From positions 62,001 to 126,000 of the IMG/VR virus record IMGVR_UViG_3300033182_000674: DNA of 64,000 nucleotides, one strand, 5' to 3'. This document shows positions 1 through 9,607 of this stretch, in pieces. The notes below the pieces were generated by a model. The model worked only from the letters and a program-made list of their open reading frames with translations. It made no database searches and was not told the DNA's origin. The number at the start of each line of letters is the position of its first letter. The first letter of the stretch is position 1. Both the position numbers and the translations under genes were made by a program.

Positions 1-124
1 CAGGCGCGCCATAGATTCGTTCATAGTTACTATTTTCATCTAATAGTTTCTTATAATCATCATACGAACAAAATACTTCAAATTCTTCTTCAGTATCTTT
101 ATTTCTAATTCTATAAGTTGGCAT
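1..124 (-). CDS. Partial small conserved T4-like phage protein (MPTY... N-terminus), runs off the window
   Basis: Manual translation from ATG at 124 gives MPTYRIRNKDTEEEFEVFCSYDDYKKLLDENSNYERIYGAP, open to the window edge; the start overlaps the upstream stop region. Confidence 0.6.
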   Translation of the reverse strand, partial: MPTYRIRNKDTEEEFEVFCSYDDYKKLLDENSNYERIYGAP

Positions 125-662
125 TATTGCTCCTAAACCATTCTGGCATTTCTGTGTAATTCCATTTAGCGAATAATTTCTTTTCGTTAATATAATAGTT
201 ACGGTATGCTTTAATAGTATCATCACCCTTACAGTCATCTGGCATACACTGAGGTGGTTCTACAAATTTACCACAATCAATATTTTCTGGCTCTAATGCA
301 AGAATATTACGTAACTTCTTATCTGTTTCATGTTTCTTACCATATCGTTTAGTGTATTCATCACAGGTAGCAACAAATAGTTTATATAAGTAATTATAGT
401 TACCACATGATTTACGTGTCCAGACTGTATCTGGATGATTCACGTGTGCTGCTTTATATAGCTTTTCGTTACGAGCATCATCAATTTTCCACCGTTTAAT
501 TCTACGATTATTGGCAGTTAATTCAATATATTCTTCACCATCAAGAATGCGATGTGCTGTAGAAAGCATTTGCGCATACTCGATAACCATTTTAACTACG
601 TGCTTATCGCAATGTTGTGATGCACATACTACTGGATCTTTGTCTAGATAAAAAATATTCAT
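111..662 (-). CDS. Pyrimidine-dimer DNA glycosylase (DenV-like family)
   Basis: MNIFYLD..P..CA..HCDKHVVKM..E.AQMLSTAH and H.NHP...W motifs typical of this family. Confidence 0.75.
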   Translation of the reverse strand: MNIFYLDKDPVVCASQHCDKHVVKMVIEYAQMLSTAHRILDGEEYIELTANNRRIKRWKIDDARNEKLYKAAHVNHPDTVWTRKSCGNYNYLYKLFVATCDEYTKRYGKKHETDKKLRNILALEPENIDCGKFVEPPQCMPDDCKGDDTIKAYRNYYINEKKLFAKWNYTEMPEWFRSNNANL

Positions 663-682
663 AATGTATATTATACCACAGT

Positions 683-1102
683 TTACTCTTTAATTAAACC
701 AGGAAATGCTTCTGATACCATATTTTTTGTTACATATGGAATCTTTTGTTTACTAATCATTGAAATAACTAAATCAGCATCTTTAGGGTGAATTGATTCC
801 AATAAAGCAATATAGATCTTTTCTCTTTTTGCTTTCATCATCTTTTCACCTTGTCCACCTTTTACAAAATAAGTAAATTGTTTATTTTGTCGTAGCAATG
901 AACTAGGACTATTGTGTCCTTCTGCTGGAGTGAATGGTGGTTTACCATTTGGAATCAACCATTGGATAGTATCATCATATGTTCCACGGAGAATATCTTT
1001 TAGAGCCCAGCTTTCATTCTCTCTTAGAATCTTAATTTTATCTTCTTTTAATCGTGCTTTACGTGCAGCATCAATAACTTCGAATACTTGTTTAGTAGAC
1101 AT
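683..1102 (-). CDS. Conserved hypothetical protein of T4-like phages (downstream of rnh)
   Basis: 139 aa ORF coupled to rnh; KREK.YI.LLESIHP.DA motif; function unknown. Confidence 0.6.
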   Translation of the reverse strand: MSTKQVFEVIDAARKARLKEDKIKILRENESWALKDILRGTYDDTIQWLIPNGKPPFTPAEGHNSPSSLLRQNKQFTYFVKGGQGEKMMKAKREKIYIALLESIHPKDADLVISMISKQKIPYVTKNMVSEAFPGLIKE

Positions 1103-1953
1103 TATAAAAACTCCTGTACATTTTCTAATAAAAGCTTACAGCGCTTTTGTACCAAATATGGAAAAACCTTTCCTTTATTAGGATATGGATCTTGACTTTC
1201 ATACATATTTAGGATCTTTTCTATAACTGGTTCTGGTGTTTCAGATAGATCAATTAGTTTCTTATTACGAATAAAGTTACGATATACATCAGCACCCATA
1301 GCTTTTTCCATATCTTCTGATGCTAACCAAGCTTCCATTTTCTTTTTGGTTACAGGTGTTTGACGACGTCCATCAACAAATACATTGTCATCAGACATAA
1401 CATTAGGTACACCATCACCAGCATCACCTTTAAAGATATGCTCCATTAGTGTTAAACGTGGATTATCTGATTTAACAAATTTCTTTGTCATTGGAGAGAA
1501 TTGTTTGATGTTATCGTATTTCTGTAGTTGTACAAAGTCTTTATCCGCAGAAACAATCATAACTTGTTCATGTTTACCAAACTCTTGTGTGCTTAATGCA
1601 ATATGAGCAATAGCATCATCGGCTTCACAACCATGAACTTGTAGAACATGATAAGGGAAGTTTTCTTTGATTTCTTCTCTAATCATATTAATAATACGGA
1701 AAGCTTCATCCCAATCAATAGGAGATTCTTCACGGCCTTCCTTACGTTTAAATTTATATTGAGGGAAATACTCTTTACGCCAGTTATCTTTGCCATCTGC
1801 AACAATAACTACTTCGCCATAGTCTTTATGAAACTTTTGACGATACATACGAATAGAGTTTAGAATCATATGTCGAAGAAGGTTTTCCTCGACTGCGAGC
1901 TTTTGCACCACTAGGTTGCCAACGGCAATACCGTTAAAATCAATTATAATCAT
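1102..1953 (-). CDS. rnh: T4-type RNase H (5'-3' exonuclease)
   Basis: IIIDFN, WRK.YFP.YK..R, EADDAI, SADKDF.QL and GD.GDGVPN motifs of the FEN/5' nuclease family. Confidence 0.92.
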   Translation of the reverse strand: MIIIDFNGIAVGNLVVQKLAVEENLLRHMILNSIRMYRQKFHKDYGEVVIVADGKDNWRKEYFPQYKFKRKEGREESPIDWDEAFRIINMIREEIKENFPYHVLQVHGCEADDAIAHIALSTQEFGKHEQVMIVSADKDFVQLQKYDNIKQFSPMTKKFVKSDNPRLTLMEHIFKGDAGDGVPNVMSDDNVFVDGRRQTPVTKKKMEAWLASEDMEKAMGADVYRNFIRNKKLIDLSETPEPVIEKILNMYESQDPYPNKGKVFPYLVQKRCKLLLENVQEFL

Positions 1954-1978
1954 AATATGTTCCTGTGTTAGTATACTA

Positions 1979-2008
1979 ATTATATCACAGCCGAGTGAGA
2001 ATGTAAAC
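1979..2008 (-). promoter_or_regulatory. Sigma70-like early/middle promoter for rnh
   Basis: Minus strand gTTTACA-17 bp-TATAAT. Confidence 0.75.
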
Positions 2009-2010
2009 CT

Positions 2011-2490
2011 TTATTTCTTCTGTTTTGCTAGTTCTTTCTCATATTTTTCACGGTCAACCACTCCTTCATTTAAGAGCTTTTGTCTGTTAACTTCGTGTTG
2101 TGCTTGAGTATCGTCTTTAGAACCGCCAAAATAAGGAACACAATGACCTTCTTCAGCCATAACTTCAGTTACTAATCTACCATCAGCAATTTTAAAGTCG
2201 CCAAGAATACGGCCAAATTTGCCTTTCATATCTTCGCCAGACTTATCTTCTGTAGTGATTAGTGTAGCACCTTCTTTTAAGAGTTCTTTTAAACGCTTTT
2301 TAGCTGCTAAACCAAATAGTTTTTCAACTTTGTTAGAAGTACGTGATTCAGGAGTATCAATACCCATAATACGAACACGCTCATCTTTTAACCAAACGCC
2401 AAAACCAAGATCAATATCTACATCGACAGTATCACCATCGACAGCTTTTAATAGTACAACATCGTACTCATTTACTTTTAATTCACGCAT
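2011..2490 (-). CDS. Thermonuclease (SNase-like) nuclease
   Basis: VDGDTVD, RVRIMGIDTPE and GKFGRILG motifs. Confidence 0.85.
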   Translation of the reverse strand: MRELKVNEYDVVLLKAVDGDTVDVDIDLGFGVWLKDERVRIMGIDTPESRTSNKVEKLFGLAAKKRLKELLKEGATLITTEDKSGEDMKGKFGRILGDFKIADGRLVTEVMAEEGHCVPYFGGSKDDTQAQHEVNRQKLLNEGVVDREKYEKELAKQKK

Positions 2491-2496
2491 TATGAC

Positions 2497-2904
2497 TTAC
2501 CTAATGTGTTTAGAGTGAATTTTACCTCCAATAAACTCATTATAATATTCGTCAGAAAAAAGAACTTCCCTGTCAAATTGTTCTTTCATCTCGTAGTAAG
2601 TCATTTCGCCTTTTGATTTACATAATCTTAATATCTCACGATGGAATCTTTCACCACCATAATCTTCAACAAGTGTTTTGACTTGTTCGCTTGAACCATA
2701 ATAATCTTGCCAGTCTGAATCGACCTTCTCAATTCTTTTTCTTTTTTTACCTTTCAATGGAGGTCGTTTAATCGTTCTCCAGAAGAGTTTCTTACCAACA
2801 TACTTTTTATTATTTTCCTTATCTGTAATTAGATAAACAAAACCAGTATAGTCTTGGTAGTCATTCTCTTCTGGATTGAACAATTTATTTTTATAATACC
2901 ACAT
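2497..2904 (-). CDS. GIY-YIG family endonuclease-like protein
   Basis: GFVYLIT...KKYVGKK, Y.GSS, F.REIL, YYN motifs; late promoter TATAAATA at 2935-2942. Confidence 0.75.
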   Translation of the reverse strand: MWYYKNKLFNPEENDYQDYTGFVYLITDKENNKKYVGKKLFWRTIKRPPLKGKKRKRIEKVDSDWQDYYGSSEQVKTLVEDYGGERFHREILRLCKSKGEMTYYEMKEQFDREVLFSDEYYNEFIGGKIHSKHIR

Positions 2905-2949
2905 AACGAATCCTATTCAATTATTATATGGTATTATTTATAAGGTTTA

Positions 2950-3117
2950 TTATTCGTCTTCTTCTTCGCAATCATCGCATAATGAATCGATAATTTGTGC
3001 ATTAACATCTGCTGAACACATAGGACAATAACACGGCTCGTCCTCGTAGTCTTCCATATCAGTTGTTACTTGCGTTGTCGTCTCACATGATAAACACTCC
3101 AATAGATAATAGTACAT
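2950..3117 (-). CDS. Small acidic zinc-ribbon protein (55 aa), not in the ORF track
   Basis: Manual translation MYYYLLECLSCETTTQVTTDMEDYEDEPCYCPMCSADVNAQIIDSLCDDCEEEDE; CxxC...CPxC; GGAG upstream. Confidence 0.7.
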   Translation of the reverse strand: MYYYLLECLSCETTTQVTTDMEDYEDEPCYCPMCSADVNAQIIDSLCDDCEEEDE

Positions 3118-3120
3118 AGG

Positions 3121-4098
3121 TTATTCTCCTGCCCATACGTCATCCCACTTACCGGTTAATGCGCCTTTAGCATAATCGGTAGCTCTATTTTCGAAGAAAT
3201 TTGTATGAGTTGGAGCATTAATCATTTCCTCAACCCAAGGTAATGGATTGTTCTTTACTTTGAATATTCCCTTTAAGCCCATAGAAATTAATCTTCTATC
3301 TGCTATATATCTAATATATTCCTTTACTTCTGAGTCAGTCAATCCTTGAACTGTTCCCATTTGGAATGCTAGATCAACGAACTTATCTTCTAGATCAACC
3401 ATTTTGGTGGCAATGGTATAGATTTCACCCTTTGTTTTATCATTCCAGATTTCACGGTTTTCTTCGATATATGTTCTAAATAACTTAATAACACCTTCGG
3501 CGTGCATAGTTTCATCAACAATAGACCATGTTACAATTTGACCCATACCTTTCATTTTACCATGACGTGGGAAATTAAGCAACATAATGAATGATGAGAA
3601 TAATGCTAGACCTTCAGTAAATGCAGATACAGCAGCCATCTTTAATGGAAGACTACCGCCATTATCTACCTTAGATAAGAAATACTCATGCTTTTCACGC
3701 ATAGCATCATATTCAAGGAATTCATTATAAGTTGATTCTGGCATGCCTAATGATTCAATAAGGTGTGAATATGCCGCAATATGTAAAGCTTCACGAGCAG
3801 CAAAACCCATTAACATCATTCTTACTTCTGGTTGAGGGAAGTTTGGTAGATAATTTTTAACATAACCACCCGCAACATCAATATCAGATTGAGTAAAGAA
3901 TCTAAAGATATTAGTAAGGAAATACTTTTCTTCTTGTGTTAAGCGATTCTTCCAATCCTTTACATCTTCCAACATTGGTACTTCAGTGTGTAACCAATGG
4001 GATTGTTCATGCTTGAGCCACATATCATAAGCCCAAGGATAATGGAATGGTTTAAAGTATGTTCTTTCGTCGTTTAAGCGTAATTTCTTTGTGACCAT
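3121..4098 (-). CDS. nrdB: Ribonucleotide reductase class Ia beta subunit
   Basis: Di-iron ligands D, EALH, E, DETMH; radical Tyr in HIAAYS; C-terminal NFFE.R.TDY. Confidence 0.95.
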   Translation of the reverse strand: MVTKKLRLNDERTYFKPFHYPWAYDMWLKHEQSHWLHTEVPMLEDVKDWKNRLTQEEKYFLTNIFRFFTQSDIDVAGGYVKNYLPNFPQPEVRMMLMGFAAREALHIAAYSHLIESLGMPESTYNEFLEYDAMREKHEYFLSKVDNGGSLPLKMAAVSAFTEGLALFSSFIMLLNFPRHGKMKGMGQIVTWSIVDETMHAEGVIKLFRTYIEENREIWNDKTKGEIYTIATKMVDLEDKFVDLAFQMGTVQGLTDSEVKEYIRYIADRRLISMGLKGIFKVKNNPLPWVEEMINAPTHTNFFENRATDYAKGALTGKWDDVWAGE

Positions 4099-4346
4099 TA
4101 ATCTAACTCCAGCTCAGCTTTTAGCTTCTCTGGAGCATGTGCACCAACAACGCGCTTAATTTCATTTCCATCATCATCTAATAATACCATTGTAGGTACA
4201 CCACGAATACCAAATGATGCCGCTTTATCAGTATCTTCATCAATATCGATTTCAGTTAGAGGATAAGGTAATTCAATGTTCTCTAAGATCTTTGATAATT
4301 GTTGACATGGACCACACCATGACGCGCTAAATTTTAATAGTTCCAT
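4098..4346 (-). CDS. Thioredoxin
   Basis: WCGPC active site and GVPT cis-Pro motif; start reassigned to 4346 (GAGGAG RBS); lies between nrdA and nrdB. Confidence 0.92.
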   Translation of the reverse strand: MELLKFSASWCGPCQQLSKILENIELPYPLTEIDIDEDTDKAASFGIRGVPTMVLLDDDGNEIKRVVGAHAPEKLKAELELD

Positions 4347-4362
4347 TTTTTTCTCCTCTAAA

Positions 4363-6153
4363 TTAACCTTCACAAGCCAAGCATTCACTGCCGCCTGCTA
4401 CAGCTGTCATATCAATTTCTTTAATAATTTCTCTTTCAATCTTTTTAGATACTTTATCTGCTTTACCAATCTTTTCAGAGCGGCAATAGTACATAGTCTT
4501 AACACCTTTCTTCCACGCTAAGAAGTGTACTGCGTGCAAATAAGCAATATTAGCATCTGGTCTAAAGAATACATTCAATGATTGCGCCTGATCAATAAAC
4601 TCTTGACGATCAGCAGCATGTTCAATAACCCAACGTTGGTCAATTTCCATTGATGTTTTGTAAACTTCTTTTTCATGCTCATCTAAAATTTTAAGATGTT
4701 GCACAGATCCGTCATTTGAAATAATAGATGACCAAATCTTTTGATAATTTAATGATTCATCTTCTTCACATTTCTTTTTAATAAGAGCATCTAAATACTT
4801 ATTCTTATTTAAGAATGAACCACTTAACGTATCTTGACGATAAGCATTTGCTCTCCAAGGTTCAATAGAAGGTGAAGTATTACCCATAATAATAGATGAA
4901 GATGCATTAGGTGCAATAGCCATAACATGTGAACAACGTCGGCCAGTACCAATAGCATCAGGTGCTTCACCACGCTCTTGGCCAAGTTCTAAGTTTGCTT
5001 TTTCTAACATAGAGTTAATGTGTTTAAACATTCTAATATTAGCAGACTTAGCTAATGCAGATTCAAATGCAATATTTTTCTTTTGTAAATAAGCATGGAA
5101 TCCTAAAGCACCAACACCAACAGAACGCTCACGCTCTGCAGAATACTTAGCACGATCAATAGTAGATGGCGCATTAGAGATAAAGACTTGTAATACGTTA
5201 TCAAGCATTTCTAACATATCACGTAAGAACATCTTATCTTTAGACCATTCATCATAGTGTTCTAAATTAACTGATGATAAACAACAAACAGCAGTACGAT
5301 CTTTATTTGTTGGTAATATAATCTCAGAACACAAATTAGATTGATGAACCTTTAGACCTTTATTTTTTAACCATTCTGGTAGTTTATCATTAGAAGTATC
5401 AATAAAATGTAGGTATGGTTCACCAGTTTGCATACGCATTTCAATGATACGTTGCCATAATTCACGTGCTGATACTGTATCTTTTACTTCACCAGTATGT
5501 GGATCTTTTAATTGCCAAGTATCATCAGCTTCTGGATCAGTCATACATTCTTCAATTAAATGCATAAAGTCATCAGTAATATTAACGCCGTGATGTAGAT
5601 TTAAACAACGGAAGTTTTGATCACCAGTAGGTTTACGCATCTCAAGGAATAACAAAATATCTGGGTGGTTAATATCCAAATATGCTGCATAAGAACCACG
5701 ACGAGTTTTACCTTGACGATATGCTAAAGATGATGCATCATACATTTTAAGGTGAGGCATTACACCAGTTGATTTATCATCAGCTGAACGAATACCAAAA
5801 CCAATACCAACACCGCCGCCTAACATAGACAACCAGTTTGTTTCAGATAAGTTATCTACTAATCCTTCTGCGGTATCGTTAATAAAATTCAAATAGCATG
5901 AAATAGGTAAACCACGCTTACTACGGCCATATGATAATACTGGCGTAGAATATGATAACCAATGCTTCGATGCGTATTCATACAAACGTTGTGCATGATC
6001 CGGGTTTGAAGAAAAAGTTTTTGATACATATGCGAATCGTTCTTGAGGAGATATTTCACTTTCCATCATATAAGATTCTTTTAATCTCGTAACACCTAAT
6101 TCATCAAATAATGAATCCCTATTGGGATCAATAACAATTCCCATATGCTCCAT
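4363..6153 (-). CDS. nrdA: Ribonucleotide reductase class I alpha subunit (short, no ATP cone)
   Basis: PISCY, SNLCSEI, AVCCL, APNASSS, YY and C-terminal CLACEG. Confidence 0.95.
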   Translation of the reverse strand: MEHMGIVIDPNRDSLFDELGVTRLKESYMMESEISPQERFAYVSKTFSSNPDHAQRLYEYASKHWLSYSTPVLSYGRSKRGLPISCYLNFINDTAEGLVDNLSETNWLSMLGGGVGIGFGIRSADDKSTGVMPHLKMYDASSLAYRQGKTRRGSYAAYLDINHPDILLFLEMRKPTGDQNFRCLNLHHGVNITDDFMHLIEECMTDPEADDTWQLKDPHTGEVKDTVSARELWQRIIEMRMQTGEPYLHFIDTSNDKLPEWLKNKGLKVHQSNLCSEIILPTNKDRTAVCCLSSVNLEHYDEWSKDKMFLRDMLEMLDNVLQVFISNAPSTIDRAKYSAERERSVGVGALGFHAYLQKKNIAFESALAKSANIRMFKHINSMLEKANLELGQERGEAPDAIGTGRRCSHVMAIAPNASSSIIMGNTSPSIEPWRANAYRQDTLSGSFLNKNKYLDALIKKKCEEDESLNYQKIWSSIISNDGSVQHLKILDEHEKEVYKTSMEIDQRWVIEHAADRQEFIDQAQSLNVFFRPDANIAYLHAVHFLAWKKGVKTMYYCRSEKIGKADKVSKKIEREIIKEIDMTAVAGGSECLACEG

Positions 6154-6249
6154 ATTAAGCTCCTATTCTATAATGACCTTTCTTCAGGACAAACAAAGGC
6201 CTGCAAAAAGACTATGCTTTTTACTAAACTTTTTTTATTTAGTGGTAGT

Positions 6250-6278
6250 ATTATATATTAAAGTAAGTCAGATGTACA
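6250..6278 (-). promoter_or_regulatory. Sigma70-like promoter for the nrdA operon
   Basis: TGTACA-17 bp-TATAAT. Confidence 0.7.
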
Positions 6279-6315
6279 TCACTTTTTTTAAAAAAATTGT
6301 AATATACATTAAGGA

Positions 6316-6660
6316 TTAGAATTTATCTTCTACTGTATCCTTTGCTTTATCTACTGCCTTTTTGATCTTACCGCTGAAACCAAATGATTTCTTAGGAGCA
6401 GATGCTGTTACTTTAGGCGCCTCAGGTGCTTCTTCAAGTTCTTCAGCAACAAGTACTGGTGCTTCTTCTTGAACTTCTTCTACGACTGGCGCTGGCTTTG
6501 GTGCTGCTTTTTTAGCAGGCTTGACACCTAGATACTCATCAATCTCTTCTTGAGTGAAAGATCTAGGTAATAGAATTTCATTTCTAGCTGGATGCTTCCA
6601 ACCTTTAGTTGTTGGTACGCCGCCTTTTGCTGCTACCCACGCTGGTGCTTTAATTGCCAT
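6316..6660 (-). CDS. Hypothetical protein with Ala/Pro/Lys/Glu low-complexity tail
   Basis: 114 aa ORF with AGGA RBS; PT.KGW.HP...E.L motif. Confidence 0.6.
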   Translation of the reverse strand: MAIKAPAWVAAKGGVPTTKGWKHPARNEILLPRSFTQEEIDEYLGVKPAKKAAPKPAPVVEEVQEEAPVLVAEELEEAPEAPKVTASAPKKSFGFSGKIKKAVDKAKDTVEDKF

Positions 6661-6690
6661 ATTAGTATTCCTTTTTAAAAATTAAAAATA

Positions 6691-7656
6691 TCATGGTGTA
6701 GTATCATTCATCCAGCCACTAAACCTCTTAAGAAGTCTAGGTGCTTTATCTTTTCTTCGTCTTCTATCTATAGCGACGATACCATCATCACCTGCACCAG
6801 CCACACTAGTTGTATTAACTGCTGGTTCTTCGGTAATATTATATTTATCTTTATACATTTCTAGAAGATCATCTGGATCCATAGTTAAGTTATATGCTTT
6901 AGAAATGGTAACCGCATGATGTTCCATTGGAATATCAAGCTTATGAGATGAAATAAGTGTGTGTAAAGCTTTTACAGCCATTTCGATATTTAATTCGTGT
7001 TCTTCTTTCATTTGTTTACCGTTATCCTTAATCCATTTCTTTGCAATTGGATTTTCTGGTGATCTTTTAATCCATGCTCCCATTCTTTTATAAAGAGATT
7101 GAGTAGCACCTTTAAAGTTACCTTCATTAGAATTATCTATAACATACATGTGACGGCCAAATAAGTTTTGGAACTTACCAATATTATCTTGTACTTCTTG
7201 CCACATTTTCTTTACTATATCATCTGGTAAAGATCGTGCTCTAGCCGAATTACGATCTAGTGCAGTTTGTAGATTAGTATTAACAAAAATCATTGAAACA
7301 TCATAACCAAGCTTTCTTAATTCTTCTGCTTGGCCTTTAATTTTATCAAAGTTCTTACCAGTTCCATCAATAACTAATCCTAATCTACCTTTTAGGTATA
7401 GATTCATTTGTGATTTTGTTAATGCAACTGATTTCTTTCTAATTTCTTGACCCTTTGGTGAAAAAATATTAGATGGTGTCATATCCATTTGTGCTTTCTT
7501 AAGAGCTGCTTCAAAAAAATTATCTGAATTAACTAACTTTAAGCCAAATGAAGTTAATGCTGTTTGTCCTACAATAAATGATTTACCAGAACCTGGACCA
7601 CCGGCTAGAAACACAGCCTTAAAAATACCAGGATCATTTACTCCTTCTAATAACAT
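6691..7656 (-). CDS. P-loop kinase (zeta-toxin/AAA_33/PNK-like), possibly virion-internal
   Basis: Walker A GGPGSGKS, VNSD, LVIDGT and lid RN..R.R motifs. Confidence 0.8.
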   Translation of the reverse strand: MLLEGVNDPGIFKAVFLAGGPGSGKSFIVGQTALTSFGLKLVNSDNFFEAALKKAQMDMTPSNIFSPKGQEIRKKSVALTKSQMNLYLKGRLGLVIDGTGKNFDKIKGQAEELRKLGYDVSMIFVNTNLQTALDRNSARARSLPDDIVKKMWQEVQDNIGKFQNLFGRHMYVIDNSNEGNFKGATQSLYKRMGAWIKRSPENPIAKKWIKDNGKQMKEEHELNIEMAVKALHTLISSHKLDIPMEHHAVTISKAYNLTMDPDDLLEMYKDKYNITEEPAVNTTSVAGAGDDGIVAIDRRRRKDKAPRLLKRFSGWMNDTTP

Positions 7657-8240
7657 TAAATGATTTCCTCTATGGTGAAATATATTTTTTGTGCAGTTTT
7701 AATATGTGTACCTTCATATATATTCAAACCACAAATATCACCAACCGGCAAAGTATTTTCACTTACACGGACTTGATCACCAGGATTGACAATCTCTTCG
7801 CATGTTGAGTTAACCATTTTAGAATATTTTAATTTATAGACGCCGGGTGCTACTGAACCATCATCTAATAAGAACCAAGAACTTGATTCATTGAGAAATT
7901 GAACAGGCTCATAACCTGTCTCTTCTATAATCTTTTGTACACCTTTATCAGTAAGATTTAGATTTTCTTTAATAAGATATAAAGCAGCTGCATATGATGC
8001 AATAGAAGAACGACCACCCGGAATCTTACCAAGTAATCTTTTGATATTGAATACTAGACGGTGGAAAGGTGTGTATGCATTCTTTTCTTCAGACGTATTA
8101 ATCCGATTTTCTTTAATACGCTTACCTTTTTCATCAATAAGGCCAAGTTTAAATGCTTCAGTTTTTTCAAAAGGTGTTACCAATAATGTTAAGAAACGAA
8201 AGGTATAGACTAAGTCACCTGCTCTTTTTAAAATTCCCAT
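7656..8240 (-). CDS. Conserved hypothetical protein of marine T4-like phages
   Basis: Y.FRFL.LL.TPFEK..AFKLG.ID and FHRLVFNIKR motifs; translationally coupled. Confidence 0.6.
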   Translation of the reverse strand: MGILKRAGDLVYTFRFLTLLVTPFEKTEAFKLGLIDEKGKRIKENRINTSEEKNAYTPFHRLVFNIKRLLGKIPGGRSSIASYAAALYLIKENLNLTDKGVQKIIEETGYEPVQFLNESSSWFLLDDGSVAPGVYKLKYSKMVNSTCEEIVNPGDQVRVSENTLPVGDICGLNIYEGTHIKTAQKIYFTIEEII

Positions 8241-8250
8241 TTTATATCCC

Positions 8251-8622
8251 TTAAATCTCTCTTAATACAGCTACAACCTTTTTATCCATTGAAATACCAG
8301 TATATTGTTCATTAGTAATATATTTCATAAAAACTAGAAATGGCTTAATCACTGGCCAATGTTTTTCTTCTAGTTTTAATTCTAATATATTTAAAGAAGC
8401 TTCTATATTGAATGAATTAAAAATAACAATCAAATGATTTAAAATCAAACGTTCAGAAAGATTACCTGTTTCCAGATACTTATTTAGTAATCGCTTTAAG
8501 TATTTAAAACGATGTAAATCTTCTTGAAACTCTTCAAAGTCTATACACTTAGGATTATAATAATGCTTTGCAGCGTATAGCAGAAGATTATCTTCTGTTA
8601 GTACATAATTAGGTTGTTGCAT
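8251..8622 (-). CDS. Conserved hypothetical protein of T4-like phages
   Basis: YA.KHY.NP.C....EF.EDL.RFKY.KRL and ERLILNH motifs. Confidence 0.65.
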   Translation of the reverse strand: MQQPNYVLTEDNLLLYAAKHYYNPKCIDFEEFQEDLHRFKYLKRLLNKYLETGNLSERLILNHLIVIFNSFNIEASLNILELKLEEKHWPVIKPFLVFMKYITNEQYTGISMDKKVVAVLREI

Positions 8623-8638
8623 AATATAGTTTTATTTT

Positions 8639-9547
8639 TTATTTTCCGCTTTTTACAATACTCTTATCACCGGTTGCTTGATCAGCTGGTCTCTTAGGTG
8701 CAGCTTTAACATCAGCAGCAAATGATTTAAAGTTTTGTACGTTTACTTTCTCATGATCATATTTATCATCAGTTTCAACTTTATGCATATCAACAAAATC
8801 TTTTTCGCCTTTACGCTTCTTTAATTGATCTACCCAATTATCACGTGTAATAGGATCAGACTTGTGATTTGCGGTTGGCTTATCAGCTTTAGGCTCTTTA
8901 GGCTCAAATGCTTCAGTTGTTTCTACTTTCATATCTTCATCCTGATCTTCATGCTGTACTTGAGTATTATTACCAGACTTTAATCTTTTCTTACCAATAG
9001 ATCCAATACCTAGTTTACGCATTGCTTTTTCTTTCGCTTCTTTTTCAGAACGTGCAGATACAGTTGCAAAACCACGTCCGGGAATAGTGATTTTATAACT
9101 CTTATCTTCTGATACTTCTTCTACAGATTCTAGTTCTACACTTTCTTTTTGAGGCTCTACAACATCTTTTTCTTTTTCATCATCGCATTCACATGGTTCT
9201 TTACCGCATGAATCACAAACCTCATCAGATTCTTTAGCTTCATTCTTTACAGCTTTACTGACTGCTTTACGACGATTGTGGAGATATTCATCAGACTCAT
9301 CTTCATCACCATCATTATCGATGTCTTTATCTTTACGATCATCAAACTTTTTCTTTAATGCTTTAGGCTGAACCTTGTCCATACCTTCACCATCGTCTGA
9401 TACGTCGTTAGTATTATCTTCTTTCTTACAACTCTTTCTTTCTTCAAGAGTTTCTTCTTCAAGAGTTTCTTCCAAGACTTCTTCTTTCTTATTAAGTCCT
9501 AAGACTTCTAAATATGCTGAAGTCATGTTTTTGTAATCGATTGCCAT
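8639..9547 (-). CDS. Highly charged late protein, probable internal head/core protein
   Basis: D.D.DNDGD.D.SD.YL..RRKA motif, many LEE/VEE sites, late promoter at 9596-9603. Confidence 0.55.
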   Translation of the reverse strand: MAIDYKNMTSAYLEVLGLNKKEEVLEETLEEETLEERKSCKKEDNTNDVSDDGEGMDKVQPKALKKKFDDRKDKDIDNDGDEDESDEYLHNRRKAVSKAVKNEAKESDEVCDSCGKEPCECDDEKEKDVVEPQKESVELESVEEVSEDKSYKITIPGRGFATVSARSEKEAKEKAMRKLGIGSIGKKRLKSGNNTQVQHEDQDEDMKVETTEAFEPKEPKADKPTANHKSDPITRDNWVDQLKKRKGEKDFVDMHKVETDDKYDHEKVNVQNFKSFAADVKAAPKRPADQATGDKSIVKSGK

Positions 9548-9595
9548 TATTATCTCCCGGTTTATAATTTGTGGCTTTTCATTAAAGCTTATCTA

Positions 9596-9603
9596 TATTT
9601 ATA
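9596..9603 (-). promoter_or_regulatory. gp55-dependent late promoter (TATAAATA); further copies at 2935, 16553, 20128, 24906, 33447, 55292, 55776
   Basis: Exact T4 late consensus on the minus strand, each copy ~30-80 nt upstream of a gene start; gp55 is encoded in the window. Confidence 0.8.
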
Positions 9604-9607
9604 TAAG

